This document shows positions 18,258 to 28,139 of a stretch of DNA of 64,000 nt, piece after piece. Made by a program: the position numbers and the translations under genes. Where the stretch lies: NCBI GenBank assembly GCA_007376135.1, contig VMFR01000003.1:75660-139659 (forward strand), given 5' to 3'. The notes under the pieces are model-generated. The model worked only from the letters and a program-made list of their open reading frames with translations. It was not told the DNA's origin and ran no database searches. The DNA is from Parcubacteria group bacterium Gr01-1014_31. Lineage in GTDB: Bacteria; Patescibacteriota; Patescibacteriia; Buchananbacterales; GWA2-38-13. Positions within the stretch are counted from its first letter, which is position 1. Every line of letters starts with the position of its first letter.

Positions 18258-19187
18258 GTGATGGCCATCGGCGACGACCAGCAGGGAGAAAAGAATCTTG
18301 CCGCGGCGGTGCTCCGCACGCTGGCGTATTTTGACGTCTTTGATTATCCGTTGACCGCGCTGGAAGTGCAGCGCTGGCTGTGGCGGAAGCGGGCAAGCGC
18401 CAGCGAGGTGGTACAAGTACTGCAGCAGTTGGAGCAGGCCCGCCGGCTGCAGCGTGTGCATGGCTACTACCATCTGCCCGGGCGCTCGGCGGCCGTTGCC
18501 GCCCGTTGGCAGCGCTATCTGGACGCCGAACTGAAATTCCGTCGCGCCCTGCGGGCCGCCGGCTGGCTCCGCTGGCTGCCGGCGGTGCGATTGGTTGCGG
18601 TCTGCAACAACGCGGCGTACGGCAACGCCAAAACGGAAAGCGACATCGATCTGTTCATTGTGGTCGCCCCCGGCCGACTATGGCTGACGCGGTTGGCTGT
18701 CACCGTCATCATGCAGCTGCTCGGACTGCGGCGGCATGGCGGGCGCATCGCTAACCGCTGTTGTTTGAGTTTCTACGTGACGGCGAATGCCGCCGACCTG
18801 TCGCGGTTTTCGCTCGCACCCGATGACCCGTACCTCGTATACTGGCTGGCGACCCTGGCGGTCATCTATGCGCGTGCAGGCGAGGCAGAGTCGTTCTGGC
18901 ACGCCAATGCCTGGGTGAAGGAATGGTTACCCAATGGGCAACCGCGCCTGCTTTCTGCGCGTCGGAGCGTGCCTGCACCCCAGCACTGGCTGCTGCCGGA
19001 AGGGAGCGCGGGACTGGAGTACATCGCGCGACGGTTGCAGCGGGCGAAAATGGCTACCCGTGAACGCGCACGCGCTTCGCGTCTGGGCGTGGTCATCTCC
19101 GACGACGTTTTGAAATTCCACGAAGAGGACCGTCGCACCGCCTACCGGCAGCAATGGGAAGAGCGCTGTCAGGCGCAGGGCGTATGA
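18258..19187 (+). CDS. nucleotidyltransferase-fold domain protein
   Basis: AYGNAKTESDIDLFIV matches the hG[GS]...DhD NTase motif; sits upstream of an O-antigen-ligase-like gene. Confidence 0.5.
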   Translation: MMAIGDDQQGEKNLAAAVLRTLAYFDVFDYPLTALEVQRWLWRKRASASEVVQVLQQLEQARRLQRVHGYYHLPGRSAAVAARWQRYLDAELKFRRALRAAGWLRWLPAVRLVAVCNNAAYGNAKTESDIDLFIVVAPGRLWLTRLAVTVIMQLLGLRRHGGRIANRCCLSFYVTANAADLSRFSLAPDDPYLVYWLATLAVIYARAGEAESFWHANAWVKEWLPNGQPRLLSARRSVPAPQHWLLPEGSAGLEYIARRLQRAKMATRERARASRLGVVISDDVLKFHEEDRRTAYRQQWEERCQAQGV

Positions 19188-20506
19188 CCACCGTGCCACA
19201 GCTGCGGGTGAGGCCGAGCCAGTTGCTGCTGGCGGCGGTGGTATTCTTGCTGCCCTGGCAGGCGCGGTTCTTGTGGGGCTCGCGGCGGTTGAACGGCGCG
19301 TTCTGGGAGTACGGCAGTTTCAGCCTCTATGCGCTGGAACTCGTGGTCTGGGTGTGCCTGATTTCCGCGTTTGCCCGCCTGCTGGCAACGCGCGGGGCGT
19401 CAGCGCCGTTCTCCTGGCGCCGTTTCTTTACCTCCAAGGGTGTGGTGGTCGCGGGTGCCGCGGGGCTCACGCTTTTGTCCTGGCTGTCCATCGCGTGGTC
19501 GGAGGACCGGGCGCTGGCATTGCAGGCCGCGTTCCGGCTGACCGAGGGGGTCGCGCTGCTCATCGTGCTGGCGCAAACGGCGCGCCGCGGTCGGGCTTTG
19601 GCCGGGCAGGCCTGGGCGCTGGCGGCAGCCGCGCAGGGCATAGTTGCGGCCGCGCAATTTTTTACGCAGCGCATCGCCGGCAGCGTGTGGCTTGGCGTTG
19701 ACCCGCAGCTACCCTCTGAACTTGGCGCGTCGGTCATTGAGCTGGCGGACGGCCGATTCCTGCGCGCGTACGGCACATTCCCGCACCCTAATATCCTGGC
19801 CGGGTTTTTGGCCATTGGCGTTCTGCTCGCAGGGGAGTGGTATGTGCGGGAGTACCGCAGTGTGCAGCGCATCCTTGCCATGAGTTGCGGGGTGGTCGCT
19901 GGCGCCGGACTGGTGTTTTCGCTGTCGCGGGCCGGCGGTTTGGCCCTCGTGGTCGGATTGGCGGCGTGGCTCCTCTCCCGCGGAACGCGCCGGCAAACCC
20001 TAGTACCGCCGTTGCGCTTCTCTCTCGCGGTGGGCCTCAGTGCGGCAACGGCATTGGCCATTCTGTGGCCGTTGGTTGCCACGCGTGCCGTCGGGGTTGG
20101 TCGTCTGGAGGCCAAGTCAACGCAGGAGCGCCGGATGCTGCTGCGCGAAGGCGCGCTCGTGGCGCGGGAAAATTTTTCGATCGGCGCGGGCATCGGACAG
20201 ACGACGCTGGCGCAGTACCGGCGCGACCCGGCGCAACAGGGCTGGGCCTACCAGCCGCCGCATAACGTCGCGCTCGTGGTGGTGATCGAACTGGCCGTGG
20301 ATGGAGTACTTCTGCTCCTGCTGCTGGCGGCGGGTGTGGCTTTGCGCGCGGCGCGAAATGGCAATAGCGCAGGTATTGGTCTGCTGGCAGTCTTGGCGGT
20401 GGTTGGATGGTTTGATCATTACCTTTGGACGCTCTTGCCCGGTATTCTGATGGCGTGCTTGGCCTTGGGATTCGCCGCCGGCGAGCCTCCAGACAATAGG
20501 GGATAG
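19154..20506 (+). CDS. O-antigen ligase (Wzy_C) family membrane protein
   Basis: 10-12 TM helices with a central periplasmic loop; LVFSLSRAGGLALVVG motif. An alternative start at MTTVPQ would give a 4-nt overlap with the upstream gene. Confidence 0.75.
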   Translation: MGRALSGAGRMTTVPQLRVRPSQLLLAAVVFLLPWQARFLWGSRRLNGAFWEYGSFSLYALELVVWVCLISAFARLLATRGASAPFSWRRFFTSKGVVVAGAAGLTLLSWLSIAWSEDRALALQAAFRLTEGVALLIVLAQTARRGRALAGQAWALAAAAQGIVAAAQFFTQRIAGSVWLGVDPQLPSELGASVIELADGRFLRAYGTFPHPNILAGFLAIGVLLAGEWYVREYRSVQRILAMSCGVVAGAGLVFSLSRAGGLALVVGLAAWLLSRGTRRQTLVPPLRFSLAVGLSAATALAILWPLVATRAVGVGRLEAKSTQERRMLLREGALVARENFSIGAGIGQTTLAQYRRDPAQQGWAYQPPHNVALVVVIELAVDGVLLLLLLAAGVALRAARNGNSAGIGLLAVLAVVGWFDHYLWTLLPGILMACLALGFAAGEPPDNRG

Positions 20507-20557
20507 CTTGGCTTTATCAAGCGGTAAAATCGCTAATTACCGAGGCGATTTTTTTGG

Positions 20558-20587
20558 TTGACACTTTCTTGACAAACCAGGTACAAT
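20558..20587 (+). promoter_or_regulatory. sigma70-like promoter of groES-groEL (TTGACA-18-TACAAT)
   Basis: Hexamers at 20558-20563 and 20582-20587. Confidence 0.55.
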
Positions 20588-20613
20588 GGCGTACCATGGC
20601 GCTACGGAACGAT

Positions 20614-20640
20614 TTAGCACTCATATATAATGAGTGCTAG
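20614..20640 (+). promoter_or_regulatory. CIRCE operator (HrcA binding site)
   Basis: TTAGCACTC-N9-GAGTGCTAG, which matches the CIRCE consensus except the final base (G rather than A), 58 nt upstream of groES. Confidence 0.85.
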
Positions 20641-20697
20641 TTATCCCCGCCATCATTGTTTTTATACTTTAAGAATTCTTAACCACCACAGCGCGCT

Positions 20698-20991
20698 ATG
20701 TCGAATGCCACATCCAAACTGCGGCCCCTAGGCAACCGGGTCATCGTGCAGCCGCTCAGCGAGGAAGAAAAGACCGGAAGCGGCATCATTTTGCCGGACT
20801 CCGTGGATAAGGAGAAGAAGGCAGAAGGGAAGATCATCGCCATCGGCAGCGGCGACAAGATCGTGAAGCTGGGTCTCAAGGTCGGCGACCGCGTCATCTT
20901 TGGCAAATACGCCGGCGAAGAGGTCAAGGTCGACGACATTGAATACAAGATCCTTACCGACGAGGACGTCCTCGCGGTTGTGGAATCGTAA
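20698..20991 (+). CDS. groES: co-chaperonin GroES
   Basis: 97 aa, canonical GroES sequence. Confidence 0.95.
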   Translation: MSNATSKLRPLGNRVIVQPLSEEEKTGSGIILPDSVDKEKKAEGKIIAIGSGDKIVKLGLKVGDRVIFGKYAGEEVKVDDIEYKILTDEDVLAVVES

Positions 20992-21018
20992 CGGAGGGTT
21001 GAACGTACTCTATATACT

Positions 21019-22668
21019 ATGGCTAAACTCATCCTGTTCGGCGAAGATGCCCGCGCCAAGATCAAGAGGGGCATTGACCAGCTGGCCAACGCCGTGCGCG
21101 TCAGCCTCGGCCCCAAGGGTCGCGAGGTCGTGTTCGATAAGGGCTTTGGCAGCCCGACGGTCACCAACGACGGCGTGACCATCGCCAAGGAGATCGAATT
21201 GGAGGACAAATTCGAGAACATCGGCGCTCAGCTCATCAAAGAGGTCGCCGAGAAGACCAACGACGTCGCGGGCGACGGCACTACGACCGCGACCGTACTG
21301 GCCCAGGCCTTGGTCGAGGAAGGCCTCAAGAACGTCGCCGCCGGTAACGACCCGCTGGCGCTCAAGTCGGGGATGCAAAAGGCCCTGGCCGCAGCGGTTG
21401 ACGGACTGAAGTCGATCGCCAAGCCGGTCCACGGCAAAAAAGAGGTGGCGCAGGTCGCGACCATCTCCAGTCTGGACGAGCAGGTTGGCACGATGATCGC
21501 CGACATCATGGAGGAGGTCGGGAAGGACGGCGTGGTCACGGTGGAAGAGGGCCAGACGTTCGGATTGAGCAAAGAAGTGGTGCAGGGCATGCGCTTTGAT
21601 AAGGGGTACGTGTCCGGCTACATGGTCACCAACGCCGAGCGCATGGAGGCAGTCTACGAAGACCCCTACCTTTTGGTGACCGACCAGAAAGTATCGGCCA
21701 TCGCCGACATCCTGCCGCTGCTGGAAGAGATCGCGCGCTCGGGCCGCAAGGAGCTGGTCCTTATCGCCGATGAAGTGGAAGGCGAAGCGCTGGCGACGTT
21801 CGTCGTCAACAAGCTGCGCGGCACCCTGTCGGTGCTGGCGATCAAAGCCCCGGGCTTTGGCGACCGTCGCAAGGACGTGCTCAACGACATCGCGGTCCTG
21901 ACCGGGGCCACAATGATCTCGGAGGAGACCGGCAAGAAGCTTGAGAACGCCAAGTTCGTGGACCTGGGCCGTGCCGATAAGGTGATCGCGACCAAGGAGT
22001 ACACGACCGTCATTGGCGGCAAGGGCGACAAGGCCAAGCTTTCGGCCCGCGTAGCGCAGATCCGCAAGGAGATCGACGCCACCGACTCGGAGTTCGACAA
22101 AGAGAAGCTGACCGAGCGGCTGGCGAAGCTCTCGGGCGGCGTGGGCGTCATCAAGGTGGGCGCCGCGACCGAGACCGAGATGAAGGAAAAGAAGTTCAAG
22201 ATCGAGGACGCGCTGAATGCGACCCGCGCGGCCGTGGAAGAGGGCGTCGTGCCGGGCGGCGGTGCCGCGCTGGTGAAGGTGGCCAATGCCTTCAACGAAC
22301 TGCTGGCCAAGAGCAAGACGCCGCTGACCGATGAGGAGAAGGTCGGCGCCAAGATCGTGCAGGCGGCCCTCGTTGCGCCGTTGCGGCAGATCGCCCTGAA
22401 CGCCGGCATCAAGGACATCTCCCTTATTGTCAACGACATCAAGGACATCAAACAGGCGACCACCGGCTACGATTTCGCCGCGATGAAAAAGTGCGATATG
22501 TTCCAGGCGGGCATCATCGATCCGCTCAAGGTGACGCGCACTGCGCTGGAGAACGCCGTCTCCATCGCCAGTCTGTTGGTGACGACCGAAGCCATCATCA
22601 CCGACAAGCCCGAAAAGAAGGACGAGAAGGGCGGCATGCCCGGTATGGGTGGGATGGACATGATGTGA
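21019..22668 (+). CDS. groEL: chaperonin GroEL
   Basis: 549 aa, canonical GroEL with a C-terminal GGM repeat tail. Confidence 0.97.
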   Translation: MAKLILFGEDARAKIKRGIDQLANAVRVSLGPKGREVVFDKGFGSPTVTNDGVTIAKEIELEDKFENIGAQLIKEVAEKTNDVAGDGTTTATVLAQALVEEGLKNVAAGNDPLALKSGMQKALAAAVDGLKSIAKPVHGKKEVAQVATISSLDEQVGTMIADIMEEVGKDGVVTVEEGQTFGLSKEVVQGMRFDKGYVSGYMVTNAERMEAVYEDPYLLVTDQKVSAIADILPLLEEIARSGRKELVLIADEVEGEALATFVVNKLRGTLSVLAIKAPGFGDRRKDVLNDIAVLTGATMISEETGKKLENAKFVDLGRADKVIATKEYTTVIGGKGDKAKLSARVAQIRKEIDATDSEFDKEKLTERLAKLSGGVGVIKVGAATETEMKEKKFKIEDALNATRAAVEEGVVPGGGAALVKVANAFNELLAKSKTPLTDEEKVGAKIVQAALVAPLRQIALNAGIKDISLIVNDIKDIKQATTGYDFAAMKKCDMFQAGIIDPLKVTRTALENAVSIASLLVTTEAIITDKPEKKDEKGGMPGMGGMDMM

Positions 22669-22738
22669 TCCCACCGAAGGCGAGATCATCCCGAGCGAGT
22701 CCGATGGATATCGGACGAGTCGAGGGATCCAACGTTGA

Positions 22739-22771
22739 AAAATCCCCCGGTCTACGACCGGGGGATTTTTT
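22739..22771 (+). terminator. intrinsic terminator after groEL
   Basis: atcccccggtc-tac-gaccgggggat hairpin plus ttttttg. Confidence 0.75.
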
Positions 22772-22999
22772 GCCTGGTTGAGCCGTTCGCGATGGATTAC
22801 GGCGCGGACATACATAGGCCGTGCTTGATTTTTGGCCGCCCCGGGGTAGACTGACCGCAGTGAGGAGGGGCACGGTTGCCTCTCCGTTCTTTAAAAATCC
22901 ACCCTGGGCGCGAGGAAGGAGGTATCCGCCCGTTGCGTCGATGGCCGCTCCGTTCGCGGAGCAAGGTTCATGGGCCTTTTCCCACAAAGGAGGTTCGCC

Positions 23000-23719
23000 A
23001 TGACGCGAACCATAGCATTGCTGTCGCTCTTCGTTCTGGTGGCAGCGTGCGCGTTGCTTGGGCCGTTCACCGAACGGTCCGGCGCCCCGCCCGCTCCGTC
23101 GCCTCCTGTCGTGGCCGATCTGTCGGTCACGCACATCCCGCTGCCGTCCCCTCTGGACGACCCCTTGCCTGCGCTATGCGCACCCGAGGCGGTCCTGCCC
23201 GAGGTTCTCCCGATGGCCGCCATGCCGTCCATCACCATGACGGCGTACTCTGCCATCGCGGCGCTCCCGCCGCACCCCATCTTCGCGCCGGACTTCCCGG
23301 AAACCTTGCCGCCATCGCCGGCAGACCCCGCCTGCGCTCCGCAGACGGTCGCGCTGCCCGAGATGTCCGCAATGACCGCCGAGGAGGTGGCGAACGCCTT
23401 AGACAAGAAGGTGAAGGTGCAGGAGCACGAAGCAGTGGAGATCGCGGTCCGTGACCTTGCCGGCAACGTGCTGGCCACCCGCGCCCATCCGCGCATCCTC
23501 GGCAAGTCGCCACAAGCCGGCGACTTCAAGCAGCTGACGTTGTACAGCGCGTACGCGGCCGATGAGAACGGCCGTATCCTCACCGATGCCCGCGGCGACC
23601 CCATGCCTGCCGCCAGCGCCGTGCCGATCGGCACCATCAGCGTGAGTAACGCCTGCACCGCGCAGAATCTGCGCATCGCCCTCGAAGGCTTCCAGACGTT
23701 CGTCGCCAGTCTGAACTGA
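23000..23719 (+). CDS. hypothetical secreted/lipoprotein-like protein
   Basis: AAAGGAGG RBS; signal peptide MTRTIALLSLFVLVAAC; Pro-rich N-terminal region. Confidence 0.5.
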   Translation: MTRTIALLSLFVLVAACALLGPFTERSGAPPAPSPPVVADLSVTHIPLPSPLDDPLPALCAPEAVLPEVLPMAAMPSITMTAYSAIAALPPHPIFAPDFPETLPPSPADPACAPQTVALPEMSAMTAEEVANALDKKVKVQEHEAVEIAVRDLAGNVLATRAHPRILGKSPQAGDFKQLTLYSAYAADENGRILTDARGDPMPAASAVPIGTISVSNACTAQNLRIALEGFQTFVASLN

Positions 23720-23865
23720 TCATCATCGGTTCCGTCTGGCCAGCGGCTGCTGGCCTATCAGCGCCCCTCTCGTGGGGCAACTGCCGTGACGGCGGGTTCA
23801 CCCGAGCCCGCCGCCTTTTTGTCTCCCTGGAGTTGCTGCCTGGCGTTTGTCGCCAAGGAGGTTCT

Positions 23866-24459
23866 ATGGTTTCTGTCGTATGGCGGGCGGGCTTTCTGTC
23901 GGCCCTCTGCTGGGGCTGCGCTGCGCCCGGCACCCCGCCGTTCACCGCGGCCCCTTGGGCGCTGCCCCATGGTACCGTCCGCGAGGTCGTCGTCGACCAC
24001 GTCCATGTGGGCAGCCGCGAGGTGGGCGCGCGACTAGCCGCCGCCGTGGCGGCCATCACCGATACGAACGTCTGTAGCACGGTCCGCGTGGTCGCGCGCA
24101 ACCGTCAACTGTTGGCGTGCGCGACCATCTGTGCACAAACAGACCACTGGCGTTTCGCCGACGCGCGCGACCTGCTGGCTGGTTGCCTGGAGGGAGTTCA
24201 GAACTGGCAGACGCCAGTCATTATGGTCTCCGCCAATGAAGGCGGCACCGACGTGCTCGCAACGGCCGCCTTTACCCCGCGGGAAGGGGACCGTCGCGCG
24301 GATACCTGCCGTTGTCAGGTAAGATCGTTGGGCGGAACGCCGCTGTTCATTTGTTTTGAGGGGATGACCCCCCAAGAGGGTGATCATCTTGCCACCCGCG
24401 GCATGGTGCTCTACCACCATCGGGCGCGGCAGTCCGCCGAAAAAGCAGGGGCGCACTAG
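23866..24459 (+). CDS. hypothetical protein (probably secreted)
   Basis: AAGGAGG RBS before MVSVVW; hydrophobic N-terminus; Cys-rich. Confidence 0.4.
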   Translation: MVSVVWRAGFLSALCWGCAAPGTPPFTAAPWALPHGTVREVVVDHVHVGSREVGARLAAAVAAITDTNVCSTVRVVARNRQLLACATICAQTDHWRFADARDLLAGCLEGVQNWQTPVIMVSANEGGTDVLATAAFTPREGDRRADTCRCQVRSLGGTPLFICFEGMTPQEGDHLATRGMVLYHHRARQSAEKAGAH

Positions 24460-24580
24460 CGTATGGTCGTGCCGTGTCCTTTCCTTATTTTTTACGATGG
24501 GCTGCCGCCGCGGCCCATCGTTTTTTTATGGTATACTGTGACGGTATCCCGTTGGGGCGGGGGTAATAATTTTTTTCAGT

Positions 24581-26965
24581 ATGGCAAAAATGTCGTTCGT
24601 GCGATGGTTCGACCAGTTAGGCATCAAGGACGTGCCGTTGGTGGGGGGTAAGAACGCTTCCTTGGGCGAGATGTATCGCAAGCTGGTGCCCAAGGGCGTC
24701 GCCGTGCCCAACGGTTTTGCCATTACCGCCGAAGCCTACTTTTATCTTTTGAAAAAGGCCGGTATCCGCGACGATATCCGTCGCATTCTGTCGGACTTAA
24801 ACACCAAGGACCTGCGTAACTTGCAGGCCCGCGGCCGCGCCGTACGCCAGGCGATCCTCGGCGCTGATATCCCGCCCGACCTGGAGGTGATGATCGCCGC
24901 CAGCTATCGCCAGTTGGAACGTCAGTACGGGAAGAACGTGGACGTCGCCGTGCGTTCATCGGCGACGGCCGAGGACCTGCCAGACGCGTCGTTCGCCGGC
25001 CAGCAGGAAACCTATCTCAACATCCGCGGCGTGCCAATGCTGCTGGACGCCTGCCGGCGGTGTTTCGCGTCGCTCTTCACCGACCGCGCCATTTCCTACC
25101 GCACGGACAAGCACTTTGACCACTTCCGCGTCGGGTTGTCCATCGGGGTGCAGAAAATGGTCAGGTCCGACCGGGCCTGCTCGGGCGTGATGTTCTCCAT
25201 CGACACCGAGTCGGGTTTCCGCGACGCGGTGCTCATCAACGGCAGCTGGGGGTTGGGCGAGAATATCGTGCAGGGAGCCGTCACCCCGGATGAATGGTAC
25301 GTGCACAAGCCGACCCTGAAGAAGGGGTTTGCCTCCATCATCGGCCGCGTGCTGGGCGGTAAGCGGGTCAAAATGATCTACAGCCGCGGCGCAACGCCGA
25401 CCGTCAATGTGCCCACGAGTCGGGTCGAACGGCAGCGGTTCTCGTTGACCGATAAGGAAGTGTATTCTCTGGCACGCTGGGCGTGCATCGTGGAGGACCA
25501 CTACCGCAAGCCGATGGATATGGAGTGGGCCAAGGATGGCATCACGGGCAAGCTGTTCATCGTGCAGGCGCGGCCCGAGACGGTGCAATCGCGCCGTGAC
25601 ACTTCCATCCTTGAGGAGTATGTGTTGTCGGGTCACGGCAAAGTACTTTGCAGCGGCGCGCCGGTCGGCAGCAAGATCGGCGTGGGGAAAGCGCGCGTCA
25701 TCCACGACGTGTCCGGCATCCACCAGTTCAAGGCCGGCGAGGTTTTGGTGACCGAGATGACCGACCCTGATTGGGAGCCGATCATGAAGATCGCAGCCGG
25801 CATTGTCACCAACCGCGGCGGACGCACTTGCCATGCGGCCATCGTCTCGCGCGAGCTGGGCATCCCTTGCATCGTCGGGACCAACGACGCCACCACGAAC
25901 ATCGCCACCGGCCGGCCGGTGACCGTTTCGTGCGCGGAAGGCAACGTCGGCAAGGTCTACGAAGGCGCGCTCAAATTCCTGGTCCGCAAGCATAACCTGC
26001 GCCACCTCAAGCGGCCCAAGACCAAGGTGATGCTGAACGTCGGCAGCCCCGACATCGCGTTCAGCTCTTCATTCATTCCCAACGACGGCGTCGGGCTAGC
26101 CCGCGAGGAGTTCATCATCAACGACCAGATCAAGATCCACCCCAACGCGCTGCTCGGCTACGCCAAGCTCAAGGATGGCAAGGTCAAACGGCAGATCGAT
26201 GCGCTGACCATCGGCTATCCCAACAAGGTGTTGTACTACGTGGACAAGCTGGCCGAAGGCATCGGCAAGATCGCGGCCGCGTTCTACCCCAAGGACGTCA
26301 TCGTGCGGTTCTCGGATTTCAAGACCAACGAGTACGCCAACCTCGTCGGCGGCACGGCGTTCGAGCCCGTGGAGTCCAACCCGATGATCGGGTGGCGGGG
26401 TTCGTCGCGCTACTACGATCCGAAGTTCAAAGCCGCCTTCGCGCTGGAGTGCCGCGCCATCCACAAGGTGCGCGAGACCATGGGGCTGACCAATCTGAAG
26501 GTGATGGTGCCGTTCTGCCGCACCATCAAAGAGGGCAAGCAGGTGTTGGAGGTCATGCGGCAGAACGGCTTGCGCCGCGGGGTCAAGGGGCTGGAGGTCT
26601 ATGTCATGTGCGAAATTCCGTCCAACGTCGTGCTGGCAGAAGAATTCGCCAAGATCTTCGACGGGTTTTCCATCGGTTCCAACGATCTGACCCAGCTGAC
26701 GCTCGGCGTGGACCGTGATTCGGAGCTGGTGGCGCATATCTACGATGAGCGCAACGCCGCCGTCAAAACGCTGATTTCCCAAGTTATCCGCGCCGCGAAG
26801 AAACACCATCGCAAGATCGGCATCTGCGGCCAGGCGCCCTCCGATTTCCCTGACTTCGCGCAGTTCCTGGTGGAGCAGGGAATAGATTCCATTTCGCTCA
26901 ACCCCGACACCGTCGTGAAAACCACCATCGCCATCCTCAAGAAGGAACGGGGATTGAAAAAGTAA
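24581..26965 (+). CDS. ppsA: phosphoenolpyruvate synthase (pyruvate, water dikinase)
   Basis: 794 aa with the PEP-utilising-enzyme region layout of PpsA; phosphohistidine region (GGRTCHAAIVSRELG). Confidence 0.92.
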   Translation: MAKMSFVRWFDQLGIKDVPLVGGKNASLGEMYRKLVPKGVAVPNGFAITAEAYFYLLKKAGIRDDIRRILSDLNTKDLRNLQARGRAVRQAILGADIPPDLEVMIAASYRQLERQYGKNVDVAVRSSATAEDLPDASFAGQQETYLNIRGVPMLLDACRRCFASLFTDRAISYRTDKHFDHFRVGLSIGVQKMVRSDRACSGVMFSIDTESGFRDAVLINGSWGLGENIVQGAVTPDEWYVHKPTLKKGFASIIGRVLGGKRVKMIYSRGATPTVNVPTSRVERQRFSLTDKEVYSLARWACIVEDHYRKPMDMEWAKDGITGKLFIVQARPETVQSRRDTSILEEYVLSGHGKVLCSGAPVGSKIGVGKARVIHDVSGIHQFKAGEVLVTEMTDPDWEPIMKIAAGIVTNRGGRTCHAAIVSRELGIPCIVGTNDATTNIATGRPVTVSCAEGNVGKVYEGALKFLVRKHNLRHLKRPKTKVMLNVGSPDIAFSSSFIPNDGVGLAREEFIINDQIKIHPNALLGYAKLKDGKVKRQIDALTIGYPNKVLYYVDKLAEGIGKIAAAFYPKDVIVRFSDFKTNEYANLVGGTAFEPVESNPMIGWRGSSRYYDPKFKAAFALECRAIHKVRETMGLTNLKVMVPFCRTIKEGKQVLEVMRQNGLRRGVKGLEVYVMCEIPSNVVLAEEFAKIFDGFSIGSNDLTQLTLGVDRDSELVAHIYDERNAAVKTLISQVIRAAKKHHRKIGICGQAPSDFPDFAQFLVEQGIDSISLNPDTVVKTTIAILKKERGLKK

Positions 26966-27004
26966 GTAGGGTGGTAGTCGGGTAGGATTGTAGGACAAGA
27001 AAAA

Positions 27005-27261
27005 ATGGGTGAACGGAATTCATTGCGCTCATACCGTGATCTCATCGTATGGGAGAAAGCGGTGAATTTGGTCGTCGCCATGTATGGGCTCACGGAAACA
27101 TTCCCCAAGTTGGGTCTGGCGCCGAGCTAGAAACGCAATTGGAAATCGTCCAACGGCTTGGATTCGGAAAAGAAGCCGAGGTTAGTAAAACCGCCGCACT
27201 ACTTGAAGAAGTGATGCGGATGTTGAACCGCCTCATCGCCACGCTGCAATTGACTGAATAA
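27005..27261 (+). pseudogene. four-helix-bundle protein gene (23S rRNA IVS-type family), internally deleted and frameshifted
   Basis: Frame 1 encodes the conserved helix-1 (SYRDLIVWEKAVNLVVAMYGLTETFPK) and then stops. Frame 2, overlapping, encodes the conserved C-terminus (GSGAELETQLEIVQRLGF...LEEVMRMLNRLIATL). The middle of about 40 codons is missing. Confidence 0.6.
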
Positions 27262-27304
27262 TTACTACCGACTACTTTCCTACCAACCTACCTCACTCAC
27301 GTTT

Positions 27305-28099
27305 ATGTTCTGGCAAGAACACGCCCTTCCCGCAGTCGCGCTCCAGCTCGGTTCCGTCACCATCTATTGGTACGGCGTGACTATGGTACTGGCCATCGCC
27401 GTCGGCGTGATGGTCGCAAGGAACCTGGCCCAACGCACCGGGTTGGCACAACCCCAGGCCGTGTACGACCTGGCATTTGTGGTGGCACTCTCGGCGCTGG
27501 CGGGCGCTCGGCTGTACGCCGTGCTGTTATTCTGGCCCGACTACGCCGCCGACCCCTGGGAAATTTTCAAAGTCTGGCATGGCGGCTTGGCTATCCACGG
27601 GGCGCTGGCGGCCGGAGCGCTGGCGCTTCTGGTCTACTGCCGGCGCAAGCGGTATTCGTTCTGGGCGTGGGCGGATATCCTCGCGGTCGCCCTTCCCGCC
27701 GGGCAGGCCATCGGCCGTTGGGGCAACTACTTCAACCAGGAGCTGTTCGGCCCGCCCACCTCGCTGCCGTGGGGGATATTTATTGACCCCACATACCGGC
27801 CAGCCGGGTTCGAACAGGCAGTGGTGTTCCATCCGGTCTTTCTCTATGAATCACTCTTGAATTTGGCGTTATTCCTTATGCTGTGGCGGCTCTTCCGGCA
27901 TCGGCGGCAGGTGGGCGTCATGGTTGCCGCCTATGTGACTGGGTACGGTATTATCCGTTTGCTGATGGAGCAGCTGCGGTTGGACCCCACGCCGGAATTG
28001 TTCGGCATCCGCTGGCCGATCGTGGTCAGCGCGCTGCTCATCGTCGGCGGGTTGGTGGGGCTGGCCGGCCGGCAGCGGCGGCCCGCGGCCGGGGCGTGA
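27305..28099 (+). CDS. lgt: prolipoprotein diacylglyceryl transferase
   Basis: Lgt signature GRWGNYFNQELFG and conserved TM topology. Confidence 0.92.
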   Translation: MFWQEHALPAVALQLGSVTIYWYGVTMVLAIAVGVMVARNLAQRTGLAQPQAVYDLAFVVALSALAGARLYAVLLFWPDYAADPWEIFKVWHGGLAIHGALAAGALALLVYCRRKRYSFWAWADILAVALPAGQAIGRWGNYFNQELFGPPTSLPWGIFIDPTYRPAGFEQAVVFHPVFLYESLLNLALFLMLWRLFRHRRQVGVMVAAYVTGYGIIRLLMEQLRLDPTPELFGIRWPIVVSALLIVGGLVGLAGRQRRPAAGA

Positions 28100-28139
28100 C
28101 GTTTTCCGCCTGCTGGCTGCGTGCTATACTGGAGGACGT

